Origin: Octopus sinensis
Taxonomy: Eukaryota
NCBI RefSeq assembly: GCF_006345805.1
Contig: NC_043000.1
Span: forward strand, 25,916,001 to 25,980,000
Reading direction: 5' to 3'
DNA: 64,000 nt
The notes below the pieces were generated by a model. That model searched no databases. It worked only from the letters and a program-made list of their open reading frames with translations, and was not told the origin of the DNA. This document shows positions 25,275-39,810 of the stretch, one piece after another (positions within the stretch are counted from its first letter, which is position 1; every line of letters begins with the position of its first letter). The position numbers and the translations under genes are program-made.

Positions 25275-25812
25275 AGATCGAAATTCGATGACTGGCATCC
25301 GTGCTAGCGGGGTGCAAAGAGCACCATATGAGTGTGATCGTTGACAGAGTGGCTAACCAGCTTCCATGCCAGTGGCACATAAAAGGCACCATTCGGGTGT
25401 GATTGTTACCAGCGTTGCCTTACTGGCACTTGTGCCCGTGCTTGCAGGGTGCTAAGAGCACCATCTGAGTGTGATCGTTGCCGGAGTGGCTAATTGGCTT
25501 CCGTGCTGGTGGCACGTAAAAGGCACCATTCGAGCGTGATCATTACCAGCGTCACCTTACTGACACCTGTGCCGGTGGCATGTGTAAAAAGATTCGAGCG
25601 AGGTCGTTGCCAGTACTGCCTGACTGGCCCCCCCGTGCTGGTGGAAGTAAAAAGCACCCACTACACTCTTGGAGTGGTTGGCGTTAGGAAGGGCATCCAG
25701 CTATAGAAACTCTGCCAGATCAAGATTGTAGCCTGGTGCAGCCATCTGGTTCACCAGCCCTCAGTCAAAATCATGCAAGCATGGAAAGCGAACGTTAAAC
25801 GATGATGATGAT
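25275..25812 (+). mobile_element. RTE-tail retroelement, family C
   Basis: Same modules and (GAT)n tail as 2115-2487. Confidence 0.75.
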
Positions 25813-26175
25813 GATCCTGTCGGGAGTCCAATGAAAACCACCCTCCATATGAAGCAGGTTTGGTAGGATTGTTGGTTTAGTGTGTGTGTGTTTATGCCAG
25901 TATGCCCTGATTGACTCTTGTGCTGGACACGTAAAAAAAAGTACCATCCAAACGTGGCCGATGGTGGTACTCTCTGTCTGCCCCCGTGCCGGTGGCATGT
26001 AAAAAGTACCATCAAAACGTGGCTGATGCCAGTACCCCCTGATTGGCTCTCGTGCCGGACACGTAAAAAGTACCATCTGAACGTGGCCGATGCTGTCCAT
26101 TCACAACTTTTCTGCACTAACCCATCACAAAATTGAAAATTGGGGAAAAAAAAATGCTCCATCCTAATACATATA

Positions 26176-26517
26176 CAGTAGTACCTCGGTTTTCGAACAA
26201 TTCTGATCATGAATAAATCGCACTTTATCTCCTGTCTTTCTCATTGTTATTTAATATAGTAGTACCTTGGTTTATGAATGCCTCTGATCACGAATAAATC
26301 ATGCTTTATATATATATTGTGGTAGAGCGTAGGCTCGAAATGTTAAAGTCTTTTTCACTTCCCGAGTGTTATACTAATACATCTGTTTGTTTTCTACACC
26401 ACCTGTCTTCGTCTTGTTTTTTTTCGTGAATTCTTCTTATAGATATATATATATATATTCACACATAAAGCAAGATTTATTCATGATCAGAGTTGTTTGA
26501 AAACCGAGGTACTACTA
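26176..26517. mobile_element. Tigger/pogo-like MITE with duplicated left end
   Basis: TA+cagtagtacctcggttttcgaacaattctgatcatgaataaatc; second left-end copy near 26257; inverted copy 26466-26517. Confidence 0.7.
26318..26440 (+). mobile_element. Penelope-like pLTR remnant with the 3' half of a hammerhead, in (TA)n
   Basis: GAGC gtag GCTC GAAA tgtt a = stem II plus GAAA plus minimal stem III; the CUGANGA box is absent; flanked by TA repeats. Confidence 0.45.
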
Positions 26518-28619
26518 TGTATATATGTATATAGATAAATAAATATAGATATGTGTATGTGTGTGTCTTTGTTGATGGCTTCACAACTGGTATTTGTCAG
26601 TTGATTAACCATTTAACAAATTGATTCTTTGAATAATCATTCGATGAATTCGATTGATCAGTTATGTTTGTCAAAGTTCTTTCGTCGCCATTCATGACCT
26701 TTTCAGTGACATGGCCTAGTGAAACAGAACCAGTGTGTGTGTTTGTTATTGGCACAATGACCCTTCCAACATACAAACAGAATGGATGGAAATATTTCTG
26801 TTAAATAGGTGATGTAATTAGCAAGGTATTAATGGTGCTAATACCTTTGTAATTAGAGGTGTTAATAACACTGTCACTAGAGTGGAAAGGGTTTCTTTGA
26901 TCAGAAGACGAGCTGTATGAACTATTTGTTTGATGTTACATAATAACTGAACATAAACAAGAATCGTTGCTAATGATCTTTAGTGATTGAAGAGGAGTGA
27001 GTTAATTCATTGAACAACAATCCACCTGAGACTTTTCCTTTTAAAATGTTAATATTTAAATTAAAACTTCCTATCATAATTTCATGTAGGAACCTTTTAA
27101 GTTGTGCGCCGAGTATCAGCTAAATAATGAATAAATAATAGTTGTTATACTAAATCCTGCGGATTTATCGATTATTTTCCAAAATGTATTAAATACTGGG
27201 ACTGGGTACTTTATTAGAAATATTGTCAGGATAGAATTGGAATTTAAAGCAGTGCAAGTGAACTGACAAAGTAGCTAGACAGTGACTATTATGTGAAGAA
27301 GATCAATTAGATCAACCCCAGTATGTAACTGGTACTTAATTTATCAACTCTGAAAGGACAAAAGGCAAAGTTGACTTCGGTGGAATTTGAACTCAAAGTA
27401 GTGACGGGTAAAATACCACTAAGGATTTTGTTCAGCGTGCTAACGATTCTGCCAGCTCACCTTTATATATATATATATTATATATACACACACACTTTTA
27501 TTATTTTCCTTGTTTCAGTCATTAGACTGCAGCTATGCTGGAGCACCACCTTAAAGGGTTTTAGTTGAAGAAATCAACCCCAGTAGACATACCAGTATCG
27601 GTTGTCAAGCGCGATGGTTAGGGTGGGAGGTGAAGAACAAACAAACAGAAAAATGCATGCACACAGGAATGCATACATACTTAAATATATACATACACAC
27701 ACACACACACATATATACACACACACACTTATATATACACACACACATATATATATATATACACAATGGGTGTCTTTCAGTTTTCATCTACTAAATCCAC
27801 TCACAAGGCTTTTGGTTGGCCTAACCTCTCTTGCACGGTATCTATATATGGTTTAGTAGACTTTGCCATTGAGAGTTTTTGTTCAGAAGTGTAAGCTAAT
27901 AAACATTTGGTGGTTATATATCAAAGTGTGGAGTTGTTTATAGACATACGGCTGTATTGCCTTGGCCTGGTACCTATCTGTAGCTTGATAATCTACAGAA
28001 ACGAGAGACTTTGCTAAAGACACAGCTTATACCTGTGTCAGACTATAAATCATTGGTTGTTGGTTTGGTTGGTGCTTAATTGATTTGGTTAGTTGTATTT
28101 TTTCTTAGTCCTAATCTTTAAATAATTACAAACAAGCATTCACTACAAATGGTTGCACCTCTCTTCTGTAATACTAACATTGTTTGACAAGGCAAGTAGC
28201 ACTTTGTCTGAAGGGGAGTATAACAATTGAGATTGAGTAAAGCTTGAACCCCTGATCTTCTGGTCAACACCCAAACCTTCCTTTCACTCTATTATGTCTT
28301 CCATTTTATTTATTTGTCAGAATTTATTGATTTCTTCAACAATGGAATTTCTTTGAAAAGCAAGTGCACAGAGGTTGCTGAAATACTTTCACAGTGTTAA
28401 AAAGAAAGGATATTAAAAGATTAAATCTGACTGTCTGCTTCGATGTTATTCTTGTTTTTCTTTTTTGATATAACAATATGTTTGTCAAAGAAATGATTAA
28501 TTCTTACCTTCAGACTTTTATACCAATATTTTTCAACATTTTTTTGATTGATGGCACCCTCAAATTTCTTTAGTTCTTTTTTTTTTCTATTTCTTTCAAA
28601 ACTGTATTCTTTTTCTATC

Positions 28620-28790
28620 AGTGTTTTTAATCTGCTAATGTTTGCATTGCATATCTGACAATCATGACCACCCACAGGAAAGTAGGAAAAGTACCATTTT
28701 ATATTTTTATTACACCTCTCCACATCCACCTTTTTTTCTGGAAATATTTTAGGTTTAGCGGCATGCCTAACCATACACTGTGACACTTTC
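28620..28790 (-). pseudogene. Possible hAT (SPIN/Buster-like) transposase N-terminal remnant
   Basis: EKKVDVERCNKNIKWYFSYF...CQICNANI resembles the KRKVDxE...KW...YF...CLIC start of SPIN/GTF2IRD2-type transposases; judged by eye. Confidence 0.35.
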
Positions 28791-30969
28791 TAATCTGCCC
28801 TGTGCTATTCCTTGCCAAATTCCATGACACCCTCTTTCTATTGCAACCATAAGCTATGTAGCTAACGTAAAAGTGCTTACAAATAGCATCACCGACACCT
28901 CCATGGGAAACTTGCCTGATGGTTTTTGCCAAATTTCAGTAATCCGACCCATTTTGTATCCTTCCTCCATGTTACTGGATGACAGGTGCGGGTGAGAAGC
29001 TGAGTCATAGAACTAAGGAATTGTGAACTGAAGCAAATAATGGTGGCTTTCTTTGATGAGCACAGGTATTTGTTCGTGATGGAGATTCATAAGCTTTTGA
29101 AATAGATTTCTTTAACCCTTTTATTATCATGTTTCTGTGGGAATAGATTGCTTTCTTTGTTTCAAATTGTTTGAAAATAATAAAATGTTTAGTGAAATAG
29201 CTGTCATTTTTTAAATTGGTGTTTTTAACATGAAATTTTGATGGATGATTTTAATTTGTATCATAGAATCAGGGTTGGCATCAAAAGGGATAAAACATTG
29301 GAAAAACAGATTATCAGGGACAATATGGTAATAAGGCAGTGATGGGCTGCTACACACTGGTTGTTGGTAAGTAGACTGAATAGAAAAACAAAATGAAAGA
29401 CATAAGGGCAGGATGGGAGAAAGTGATGCAGTGGAGATAGGATGAGAGAAAAAGGAGCAACAGAATTAGAGAGAGAGAGCATTGTGTGCCATAGACTCAG
29501 TTACAAATTTTGTTATTTCTCTCTATTTTTAGCTACATTAATGAAGACTATTTAGATTTATCTCCTTTGATTAAAAAAAAGACATTGTGAAGTAGTGAAG
29601 TTGTTTAACCTCAGGTTAATTCTGTTGATTAAAGTTGTTCTTGATAACTATAATTAAAGTTGTCCTTGACCACCTAGTCTTTTATTTAGGATAGTGTATC
29701 TAGGACTACATCATCCAGTGTATAACTATTTTTTTTTTAAAGACAGTATTGTGATTTGTGGGAGGTTTTGAACAAGTTGAGTGACCACATAAAAGGTCCT
29801 GCATTGGTTAGTAAGGTTTGAACTTATGATCTGTTGATGTGTACTGAAGTACTTTAACTACCAACCACTGTACACAAAAACAAATAAAGAGTAACTATGT
29901 ATATACCTTTTCAATATGTATATACCTTTTTTGAGTGTTGGGCCTCACGGGTGCAATGACAAATGACCGAGACCTTTGGCAATATGCTGTGCTTGAGTAG
30001 AAAACCCATCAAGCCAAGTGAAATCGTAGATATGGCAGATACTGGTGTCATGCAACGGGTACCCATACTGGTAGTGCACAAAAGCACCTGTTGCTTTCTT
30101 GGAGTGGTTGGTGTTAGGAAGGGTATCCAGCTGTAGAAACCATACCAAATTATACTGGAGTTTGGTGCAGCCCCTCAGCTCACCAGCCCTGGTCAAACTG
30201 TCCAACCCATGCCAGCATAGACAATGGACATTAAATGATGATGATGATGATGATAATGATGAATGTTTAAAGTGATCTGAATTAAAAATATTTCTTCAAA
30301 ATTTCCTGTTAATTTATATTTCAAGCATCAACTCAATAACGGCAGTTATTTTACTAAATTCTTCATCAGGGAAGTAGACAAGGGTTTAGAAAGACGAGGA
30401 GAGGCTGAGGATTGCTGAAGACAAGTTTACATGAAGAATATGCAACACCGAGACATGGTTAGCTGACAGCATGCACATTTTCAAATGCAGACAATGCTGC
30501 TTACATGTGGGTTTCTGGTATAAGTCAGTTTGCGATTGAGTAAGACCGTTTCCTAAACTCAGCAAACCCATACAAACATTCAAAGAATCCAAGAAGTTGC
30601 ATGAATTTGTTTTGAGCAGATAGTGTTGCACAACACTGAAGCAATTTTTCAGTGCAGTAAGCTATAAAACCAGTGGCACAATGGGTTAAGATAACCTGAA
30701 ACCAACTGCGCTTCAGAGTTTTTGTATTTATTTATTTATTTTATTATATGAGTTTATATTCTAGAAAGAAATTTTAATGAGAACTGGTGATTCTTCACTT
30801 GCAGTGATTCACATGGTATTTAATCCATAGCTGAGTCTCTAACAGGTGCTACGACTCAGGGTTAGACCAATACATATACAGATCACCCGTGATTGCACAA
30901 GACTTATGGATGCCTCCTCATACATGATATAGCAAATACACCCCCCTCTCTCTCTTTTTCTCTCTCTCT

Positions 30970-31010
<41 letters not shown>

Positions 31011-33069
31011 CCCACACACAGTCTACATGGTGCTTTTGATTCACATTAATGATTTTCTCGTTAGGCTTGTGTTTTCCTCTTTTTCTCGTCCATGTCTCAA
31101 ACTAGGAACGGGGGAAAGGCAAGTACACAGTATTTCCCCTTCCCCGCACATCAAACCCTTTTGGGATGCAGTGAATTCGGGGGTGGGGTGGGGTGGATGG
31201 TGGTTGTGCAAGGTTAGTGGAGGTGAAGTTTTTTTTTTTTTTGTTTGTTGAAAGTTGAACTGCAGTACAATCACACTTGTTTGTGATAAGTAAATATTGA
31301 TTGATCGATTGATTTGATGGCATAGTGTCAAGATTGAAACGCTGATGCAATTTGTTTATAAAAAAAAAAAAAGAAAGAAAAGCGCCCCTATCCCCCAACC
31401 TCTACTTAGTTTATAAGTGAATTTGTAAAACAAGTATTTTGCAAAACATACGTAAAGAAACTATAAAACACGTCTAGTTTTGTTTTAGATTTTAAAACGT
31501 ATGTTTTAGTAATGTTTTTTGTTTGCTTGTTGTTTTTTTCCTTATCAAAATTAAAGTGTTCTTTGATTTTGTCTGTTATTTGATTTTTAAACCAATCGCA
31601 CATTTTTAGTTTTAGGGGGAAAACACAGCAAAAAAAGAAAAATCCAGATTTTTGTTATTTGTACGTGTGTATTCTGTATGTTTTTCCGAGTGATTAATTT
31701 GTTTCTGAAGATGGTAGTTGTTGCAGCTAACGGTGACATGTTGCCGTTTTAATTGTATCGGATGGAATGCAGAAACCTGACTTTGTAAAGTGAAAATTTA
31801 ATTTATTACAAAACATGTTAGGAATTCTACAGATGATTGAAATATTTCATCAAAAAATTGCTGTTCGTTTTGTTGCAAAAGAAAATCAAAGAAAAACAGT
31901 ATTGATTGATATGTAGGTAGATAGAACTAGTTTTATGGAGAAAAGGAGAATTAACTTTGATAATCTGCAATAATTAAGATGAGTTGAATTTAAAAAAAAA
32001 AAATCATGGTTTCTATAATTATTAGAAAATTACCAATGTTTAGAAATTTGGGATGGGGCTGGAGTTATCGAAAAAAAAAATAATAATTGCTTCAGCAATT
32101 AGCAGTCATAGACTTGCATGTGTGCACAGGTGGTCATTAATGGCTCTCTGTTTATTATGAAATCTGAGAAGAGAATCTCTCTCATGTGGGTGTTGACAAT
32201 AGACACACCCAACCTGTTCAATCAAAGCCATTTGATGATAAATAGGGAGGGAATCCATGGTAATTTAGATCTTATGCAATAGAGTAAAGGTTTGTGGCTT
32301 AGTGGTTAGGCTGCTGCACTCGTGATTGCAAGATTGTGGTTTCAATTGCAAGGCTAGGTGGTGCATTGTGTTTCTGAGCAAAGCACTTCACTTCATATTG
32401 TTCTGTAGTCAGTTTGGCATCTGATGTTTGGCCCACCATGCACCTGCACTGGCAATGTTGATTTGATGGAGGGCATGAGCTAATTGTACAGTATGATCAT
32501 GTGATCACTGTAAACCAATCACCTGTGCAGGTTGATCAGCAAGTGATTGCAGAACTCTCATCTGTTGTTTACGAATGGTGGTATCTCTTAGATACCCTTA
32601 TTTATAACTTTAATATATATGTATATACATACACACACAATATCATCCTCATCATCGTTTAATGTCCGCTTTCAATGCTGGCATGGGTTGGATGGTTTGA
32701 CGGAGGATGGGCATCATGTATTTTTCTTTGATTATTCACAGGAGATGGTCCTGATTTAATCAGGACTTACTTGGCCAATGCTGTTGTAGTTGCAGCAACA
32801 TTAATCCTAAAAGACCATTGTTGTTAAATACTCAGTCAGCTCTGATTGAGCAGGATTATTGACGAAGGGCATTTTATCAGTTTTTTTCTATTCAGTCACA
32901 GTGTATCTAGGACTATAATGTTTAGTGTTTTTTTTTAAATTGTACAATATAATTTTGAATGAGATTTGGCTATTATATCTAGCAGGTTAAGCAGTTATGT
33001 AAAAGCTCCCTATTGGCCATGGTTTCGTTACATATAAAATCAACTATCATGTGATCATTGTCATCTTAC

Positions 33070-33490
33070 GAAATGAACTGTCACATGATCATTGTTGGCT
33101 CTGAAACCATCTACCATGTGAGATTATCACTTAATGATATCAACTGTTCATGTGACATTGCCATCTATGAGATTAACTGTTCATGTGACATTGTCATCTA
33201 TGAGATCAATTGTTTATGTGACATTGTCACTGATGATATCAACTATCTTGTGACATTGTCATCTATAATATCAACTATTCATGTGAGATTGTCATTTATG
33301 ATATCAACTATTCATGTGAGATTGTCATTTATGATATCAACTGTTCATGTGAGATTGCCATCTATGATATCTACTGTTCATGTGAGATTGTCACTATATA
33401 ATATCAGCTGTCATGTGACATTGTCACCTTTGATATCAAGAATTTGTCATTGCCAGCTATGAAATCAGTGATCACATGATGTTGTCATTT
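33070..33490. repeat. 33-bp minisatellite (atcaactgttcatgtgagattgtcatctatgat)
   Basis: About 12 diverged copies; produces the ISTIHVRLSFM pseudo-ORF. Confidence 0.9.
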
Positions 33491-35439
33491 AGATTTTGTA
33501 TATGATTTAACCAAAATTTCCCTTTCAAATTTTCACAGATCATTGTTTATGTGTATTGATGACTTTGTGTGTGTGTGTGTTTCTTTTTGTGTTTTTAATT
33601 TAATAATCAGAAATGTTTTGATAATTAAAGTCTTAAATGTCTTTTCATTCAACGAATTTTTGTTATATTCTTTCATCTTTTCATCTAATAAGATTTGTTT
33701 ATTAATTTTATTTCATTTTGTTTACTTTATTCTGTATTCTCAGTGTTTCTTTTTATCTTTCTTTTTGATAATAATTTCATTATTGGCTTTCTCACTTTAT
33801 TATTTTTCATGTCCAACTTTTAGCAGAAATAAATTTCATTTTGCTTTCCAATCTCAAATGAATTTACCAAAAAAATTCTGTAATTCCTCAAGAATCAATT
33901 CTTTTGTCACCTTTTTTGTTCTATTTTATTCCTGTTATTTTTTTTTATTTTTCTTCTTCATTTGTTTCTCCACTTTTTTCTCATCTTTTTTCTCTCTCTT
34001 TGTCTTTTATCTTTTACTTGTTTCAGTCATTAGACTTTGGCCATGTTGGGGCACCACCTTGAATGATTTTTAGTTGAAGGAATCAACCTTAGTACTTTTT
34101 TTTGTTTTAAAGCCAGCTTCTTATTCTATTGGTCTCTTGTGCTGAACTGCTAAGTTATAGGGACAAAAACGCACCAACATTGGTAGTCGGGCAGTGTTGG
34201 AGGACAAACAGACAGAAAGATACACACATAAATGTACATATAAGCATACACACACACATGTGTGCAATGGGCTTCTTTCAGTTTCCGTTTATCAAATCCA
34301 CCAACAAGGCTTTGATTGACCTGATGCTGTAGTAGAAAGACACTTGCCCAAGGTGCTATGCAGTGGGACTGAACCTGGAAGCATATGGTTGAGAAGCAAG
34401 CTTCTTACCACAGCCATGCCTGCACCTCTTGTTTCTTTTCTCTTTCCTTTTCTTCTTTCAGTCCCCCCCCTTCTTTCTTTTCCCTTATTATTGTTGTTGT
34501 TGCTGTTAAAGAACTTCAGTGTTACAATGGAAATATCAAAATTCCTTCAGCTTGGTCTGACTTGGGATTGGAAGCTTCTAGGTAGTATGTGGCCTTGATA
34601 TGTTCCTTGAGTAAATTCGGTAAAGTTATTTGCATTCCATTCATTCAGAATATGGTTCCACATTCCAGAACACTGCCCCATCCCCTTCTTGTCACTTTCT
34701 TTCTTTTCATTTTTCTCCTCTTCTATTTTACTCTTATTAGTAGTGGTTGGCATTAGGAAGGGCATCAAGCTGTAGAAACTCTGCTAGATCAGACTGGAGC
34801 CTGGTGCAGCCATCTGGTTCACCAGCCCTCAGTCATTCGTCCAACCCATGCTTGCATGGAAAGCGGACGTTAAACGATGATGATGATGATGATGTGGTTA
34901 AGAAGTTTGCTTTTCCAACCACATGGTCCCAGGTTCATTCACACTGTGTTTTACCTGGCCAACCAAAGTCTTGAGAGTGGATTTGGTAGACAGAAACTGA
35001 AAGAAGCCCATATATATCTTCATCATCATTTAATGTCTGTTTCCATGCTGGCATGGGTTGGATGACTTGATAGGAGCTGGCATGTCGGAGAGCTGCATTA
35101 GGATTCAATCGTCTGTTTAGGAGAGGTTTCTTTGGCTGGATGCCCTTCCTAGTGCCAATCACTTTGCAGAGTGTACTGGGTGCTTTTTATGTGGCCCCTC
35201 CCAGCATAGGTACTTTTTGTGTGACACCAGCGTACATAGAAAATCAACTATATATATATATATATATATATATCATCATCATCATCACCAGTTAATGTCC
35301 ATGGTCCATGCTGGCATGGGTTGAACTGCTTGATAGGAAGTGGCAAGGTCAACCACTCCACAGAGTGTACTGAGTGTTTTGTATATGGCACCTTAAGTTT
35401 AGAATCTTAATTCTGTTGTGGTGGGCAGATTTTCTCAAG

Positions 35440-35670
35440 TACAGCAATGTGCTGCATTTCTGTCCTCTCTCCTCTTCATAAGACTCAGCCTTTCGAGATC
35501 AGCCTTCAAAACTTCATCCTATATCTTCCTGAGTTTCCCTCTTCCACAAGTTTTCTCTGCTTTAAGTAATTGGTACTTCTTCATGCAACTGCCCTCATCC
35601 ATCCACATCACATGACCAAACCTGTCTCTTTTCTTACTGCATCTAATTCCTCTATTTCTCAAATTCTCCC
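35440..35670 (-). mobile_element. RTE LINE ORF 3' fragment
   Basis: ORF 35519-35770 segment FGHVMWMDEGSCMKKYQLLKAEKTCGRGKLRK. Confidence 0.65.
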
Positions 35671-37490
35671 TCAATACACAATACACAATGTATGTATGTA
35701 TGAGTGTGTGTATGTGTTTCTTTGTTTTGACATAGTGTGATAGTTGTAAATGAGTGTCCCTGTCATACAAGCAGTGTCATTCATTTCCAATCTTCTGCAA
35801 AAACATGTCTAACCAGTGGGGTGGGGGAATATTACCTTGCTTGGAAATAAGTGAGGGTTGGTAACAAAAGGGGGCATCTGGTTGTAGAAAATCTGCCTTA
35901 ATAAACTCTGTCCAACACATGCAAGCATGGAAAAGCGGATGTCAAATGACGATGACGGCGGCGATTCTTTAATAGGTTACTTGTACTCCATTCTGATACA
36001 ATCAGATGTTACATGTGTCTTGAAAACAAAAACAAAAAAATCTAAACAAACAAAAAAAAAAACAACAATCCTCCCCTCCTTGATCAAAACCAAAACAAAA
36101 TGAAATTAATCTTTCACCGAGTGGATTAACATTAAGATGCTTTCAAGCAGTTTAAGAATTAGTGTATTCTTGCATCAAACTTAAAATCAAACATCATTAA
36201 AAGTTCGTTAAATCTGCGATTGCCAATTGTCCATTTTATTGGATTATGATTTCAGCTTTGCTCTTATTGCATGCAACGTTCACTAACACAATCAGTAGAT
36301 TAACCAAAGATGAATGATTATAATAACGAGATTGAGCAAGTATTTTCGTATTTAATCAACTACATTGATGGGCTGTTTTATTGATTTTTATCCTTGTTTA
36401 TGCTTTGTTTATTTTATTTATTTCCATTAATTTCTGCGGTGGTTAAAAGTAATATTGAAAATTTAATTTAAATTAATATTCATATAGAAAAAATAAAAAT
36501 AAAAAAAAAAGATATAAAATTAGACATTTTATTCAGATTTTCCTCTCAGATAAATTTCGCTGTTGTTGGTTTTTATTGACTGTAGTTGCCAGTTATCTCC
36601 TCACAGTATCTGCTCTGCCTGTGTTTTAAATTATTTTCCATCGTAGCTATTATTTATTGCATGTTTTTCTCTATGCGTGCTGTTTGTTATCTTTCGGTGA
36701 CTATCTCAGATGTTTCATTATCCATCTTTGAACCACAGGGATTCCTTGGACAGTTACTTCATTCCAGCTTCTGTAGATTTCCAACGATGCTAGATAGATC
36801 TTTCTATTTACAGAATGCTGAGATCTATTACGATTATTTGTCATCATCATCATCATTCACCATTCTACTTTTCCTTGCTTGCATGGATTAGACAGAATTT
36901 GTTGAATCAGATTTTCTGTGGGGCTGGATGCCCTTCCTATTGCTAACCCTCGTCCGTCTCCAAGCAAGCTAATATTACCCCATGACCACCCATGTTTTTC
37001 ACAGAAGACTGGAAGTGAGCAACACTGATTGTATGATGTTTTACTTTTTTACAAACACACATACATATATAACCATTTATGACAGGCTTCTTTCAGTTTC
37101 CATCTACGAAATCTGCTCACTAGACTTTGCCTAGTCTGGAGCTTATAGTGGAGACACTTGCCCAAGGTGTCATGTATTGGTACTGAATTTGAGACCATAC
37201 TTTTGAGGAGCTTCTTTTATTTGTTTCAGTCATTAGACTGTGGCCATACTGGGGCAACACTTGAAAACTTACTAGTTGAATGAATTGGCCATAATACTTA
37301 CTGTTTTTAAAAGCCTTGTACTTATTCTCTTGGTCTTTTTTGTTGAACTGCTAAGTTATGGGGACAAGAACATGAGTGGTGGTGGGACACACACACACAC
37401 ACACACACATGACTGGCTTCTTTCAGTTTCCGTCTGCCAAATTCACTCACAAAGCTTTCGTTGGTCTGAGGCTATAGTAGAAGACACTCA

Positions 37491-37762
37491 CTTGTCCAAG
37501 GTGCCACGCAGTGTGACTGAACCCAGAACCCTGCGGTTGCGAACCAAGCTTCTTACCACACTGCCACATCTGCTTGCTTATACTTTTTTTCTTAAGTTGA
37601 AGATAAAAATTCCTTAGCAGGTAATCTTGTCCAAGGTGCCACGCAGTGTGACTGAACCCAGAACCATGTGGTTGGGAACCAAGCTTTTTACCACACTGCC
37701 ACATCTGCTTGCTTATATTTTTTTTCTTAAGTTGAAGATAAAAACTCCTTAGCAGGCAATCT
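37491..37762. repeat. 135-bp tandem duplication of a SINE head plus flank
   Basis: Units start at 37491 and 37626. Confidence 0.88.
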
Positions 37763-38656
37763 AATAACTTATTGATTATGTTCCTATTATTTCCCCTGTA
37801 TCTGCTATTAATTCATCGTATGTTGTTCTTTGATAATATCTGGTGTTACACTCAGCCATTCCACCGATTCTCATGACGGCTGTTTGAAATGAGATGCTCT
37901 CTCCTGAAGATATCAACTGCATCTACTACAGTTGGATGTCCCACCACAAAGATTAGCTTATCTGCTGCGGCTTTTCACAGGAACATACCGTTTATTTATT
38001 TATTTATTCATTCATTCATTCTGTGACTGCAGGATGGAGATAACTGAATGAGGTTAGTAAAGTTAACGACCAGTTCCAGCTGTTTGAGGTTAATATTATT
38101 AAGGCGGAGGAGTTCCCAGATGCCTGCAGCTATGGAGAAGAAAGATTAAATAAAATGTTTAACGCAAGATCTGATAGGTGTGATACCAGTGTAGGTGACT
38201 GCCACCGGAGAATGAGAGTTAAGTGCACGAGATGCATCTAAATGGATTGGTTATTAAGTTAGGCGTTGGAAAGATTAGAGACCATTGTGTTAATGGTAGA
38301 TGATGGTTATTTTATGTGATTCTTACAAAGGAATATCAATTACATTTGGTGTTGCATAATCTCTCCAGAGTCTATCAGACCTACCATCATACCAATCATA
38401 CCATCACTCGTCTCTCATCTAATGATATTGATTTCTTCCTTCTTGTTTTTTTTTTTTTTGTTTTTGTTGCCTGTAAATTTTATTGATCTTATATCTCTCA
38501 AAAGGTGTCAATTTTTACCTTTTGAGAATTATTGACCATGTGAAATGCTGTTGAATTTCACTCTTCCCCACCCCCACCCCCTCTCCATTTCGACCTCTGC
38601 TACTACGAATTATTAAGCACATTTGATGTTTCTGAATATTTTAAGGTATGTCAGCA

Positions 38657-38662
38657 TGTGTG

Positions 38663-38702
<40 letters not shown>

Positions 38703-38703
38703 T

Positions 38704-38735
<32 letters not shown>

Positions 38736-38955
38736 AGGAGAGAGAGAAAGACAGAAGGAGAGAGAAAGAGAGAAGGAGAGAGAGAGGGAGAGAGAGAAAG
38801 AGTGCATATGTATGTGTGTGTGAGTGAAAGAGAAACAGAGAGAGACAAAGAGAGCACATGTGTGTGTGAGGGCGTGTGAGTGTAACAGTATGTGAGCGTA
38901 TGTGTGTTTGTGTGAGTGAGCGTATGTGTGTTGTGTGTAAGCGTGTGTGTGTACC
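38657..38955. repeat. Compound (TG)n/(GA)n microsatellite region
   Basis: Direct reading. Confidence 0.9.
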
Positions 38956-39589
38956 TGTGTTACATTTCGTCTTCATTTCTTGTAGGAATCATTTCCCAAA
39001 TTTCTCTTTCCCTTCGTCTGTAGACGATCGGCCAGAATTCATTGATCACTGTGTACACATCAATCAACCAATCATTCTTTTAGCTTTATGCATTTCGGTT
39101 CCAGCCTACTCTATGCTTTAGAGTAGGTGTCTTTAAAAGTTGCCAAGTTCAATCCATCTCTAAGCATCACCATTTTTGATCTCCTTATAATGTTAACAGC
39201 TAGAGCGCAAATTAACGTAGCCGTAAAAATTACCTGGAATGGTTGTAATGATTTCACGTGCAGGTATTAGTGGCGGTACAATAAAGAGGAAATGGAAAAT
39301 ACTGCTATACCTTTTCCAAGATGAAAAGAAAAGTTTTTAAAAAACACCTTGTGAAAACAATTATTGGAAGTTTGAAATCCTTGGAGCTACTCGACTCATA
39401 TATTGAGCTGTGTGAATAAAGAATAAAATGATATCTGATCAAAAAACTTTCTGCTGTATAAATCAACTTGATTGATGTAGTATATAATTGTTTGGTGCAT
39501 AGACACTGGCAAATACATGCTGTGATTAGAACTTATAATCCATATGTTGGTACTTGTTTGTGTCATCCATGCCTTTATTTCTGAGTAAT

Positions 39590-39810
39590 TTTGGGCCTTG
39601 TGGAGGCCAAGTGACTGAGTTCCTTTCGAGCGTTGGGCCTCACAGAGGCAAAGTGGTTGAGTTCCTATTGAATGTTGAGCCTCACGGTAATGAGGTAGGT
39701 AAGTTCCTTTTGAGTGTTAGGCCTCATGGAAGTGAGGTGGGTGAGTTCCTTTTGAGCATTGGGCCTCAGAGAGGCAAAGTGGGTTCCTTTTGAGTGTTGT
39801 GCCACACGGT
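39590..39810. repeat. 42-bp minisatellite (gagttccttttgagtgttgggcctca...)
   Basis: About 5 diverged copies. Confidence 0.8.

Noticed and set aside
33058-34073. 134 aa and 176 aa ORFs
   Set aside because: 33-bp minisatellite and T-rich low-complexity sequence.
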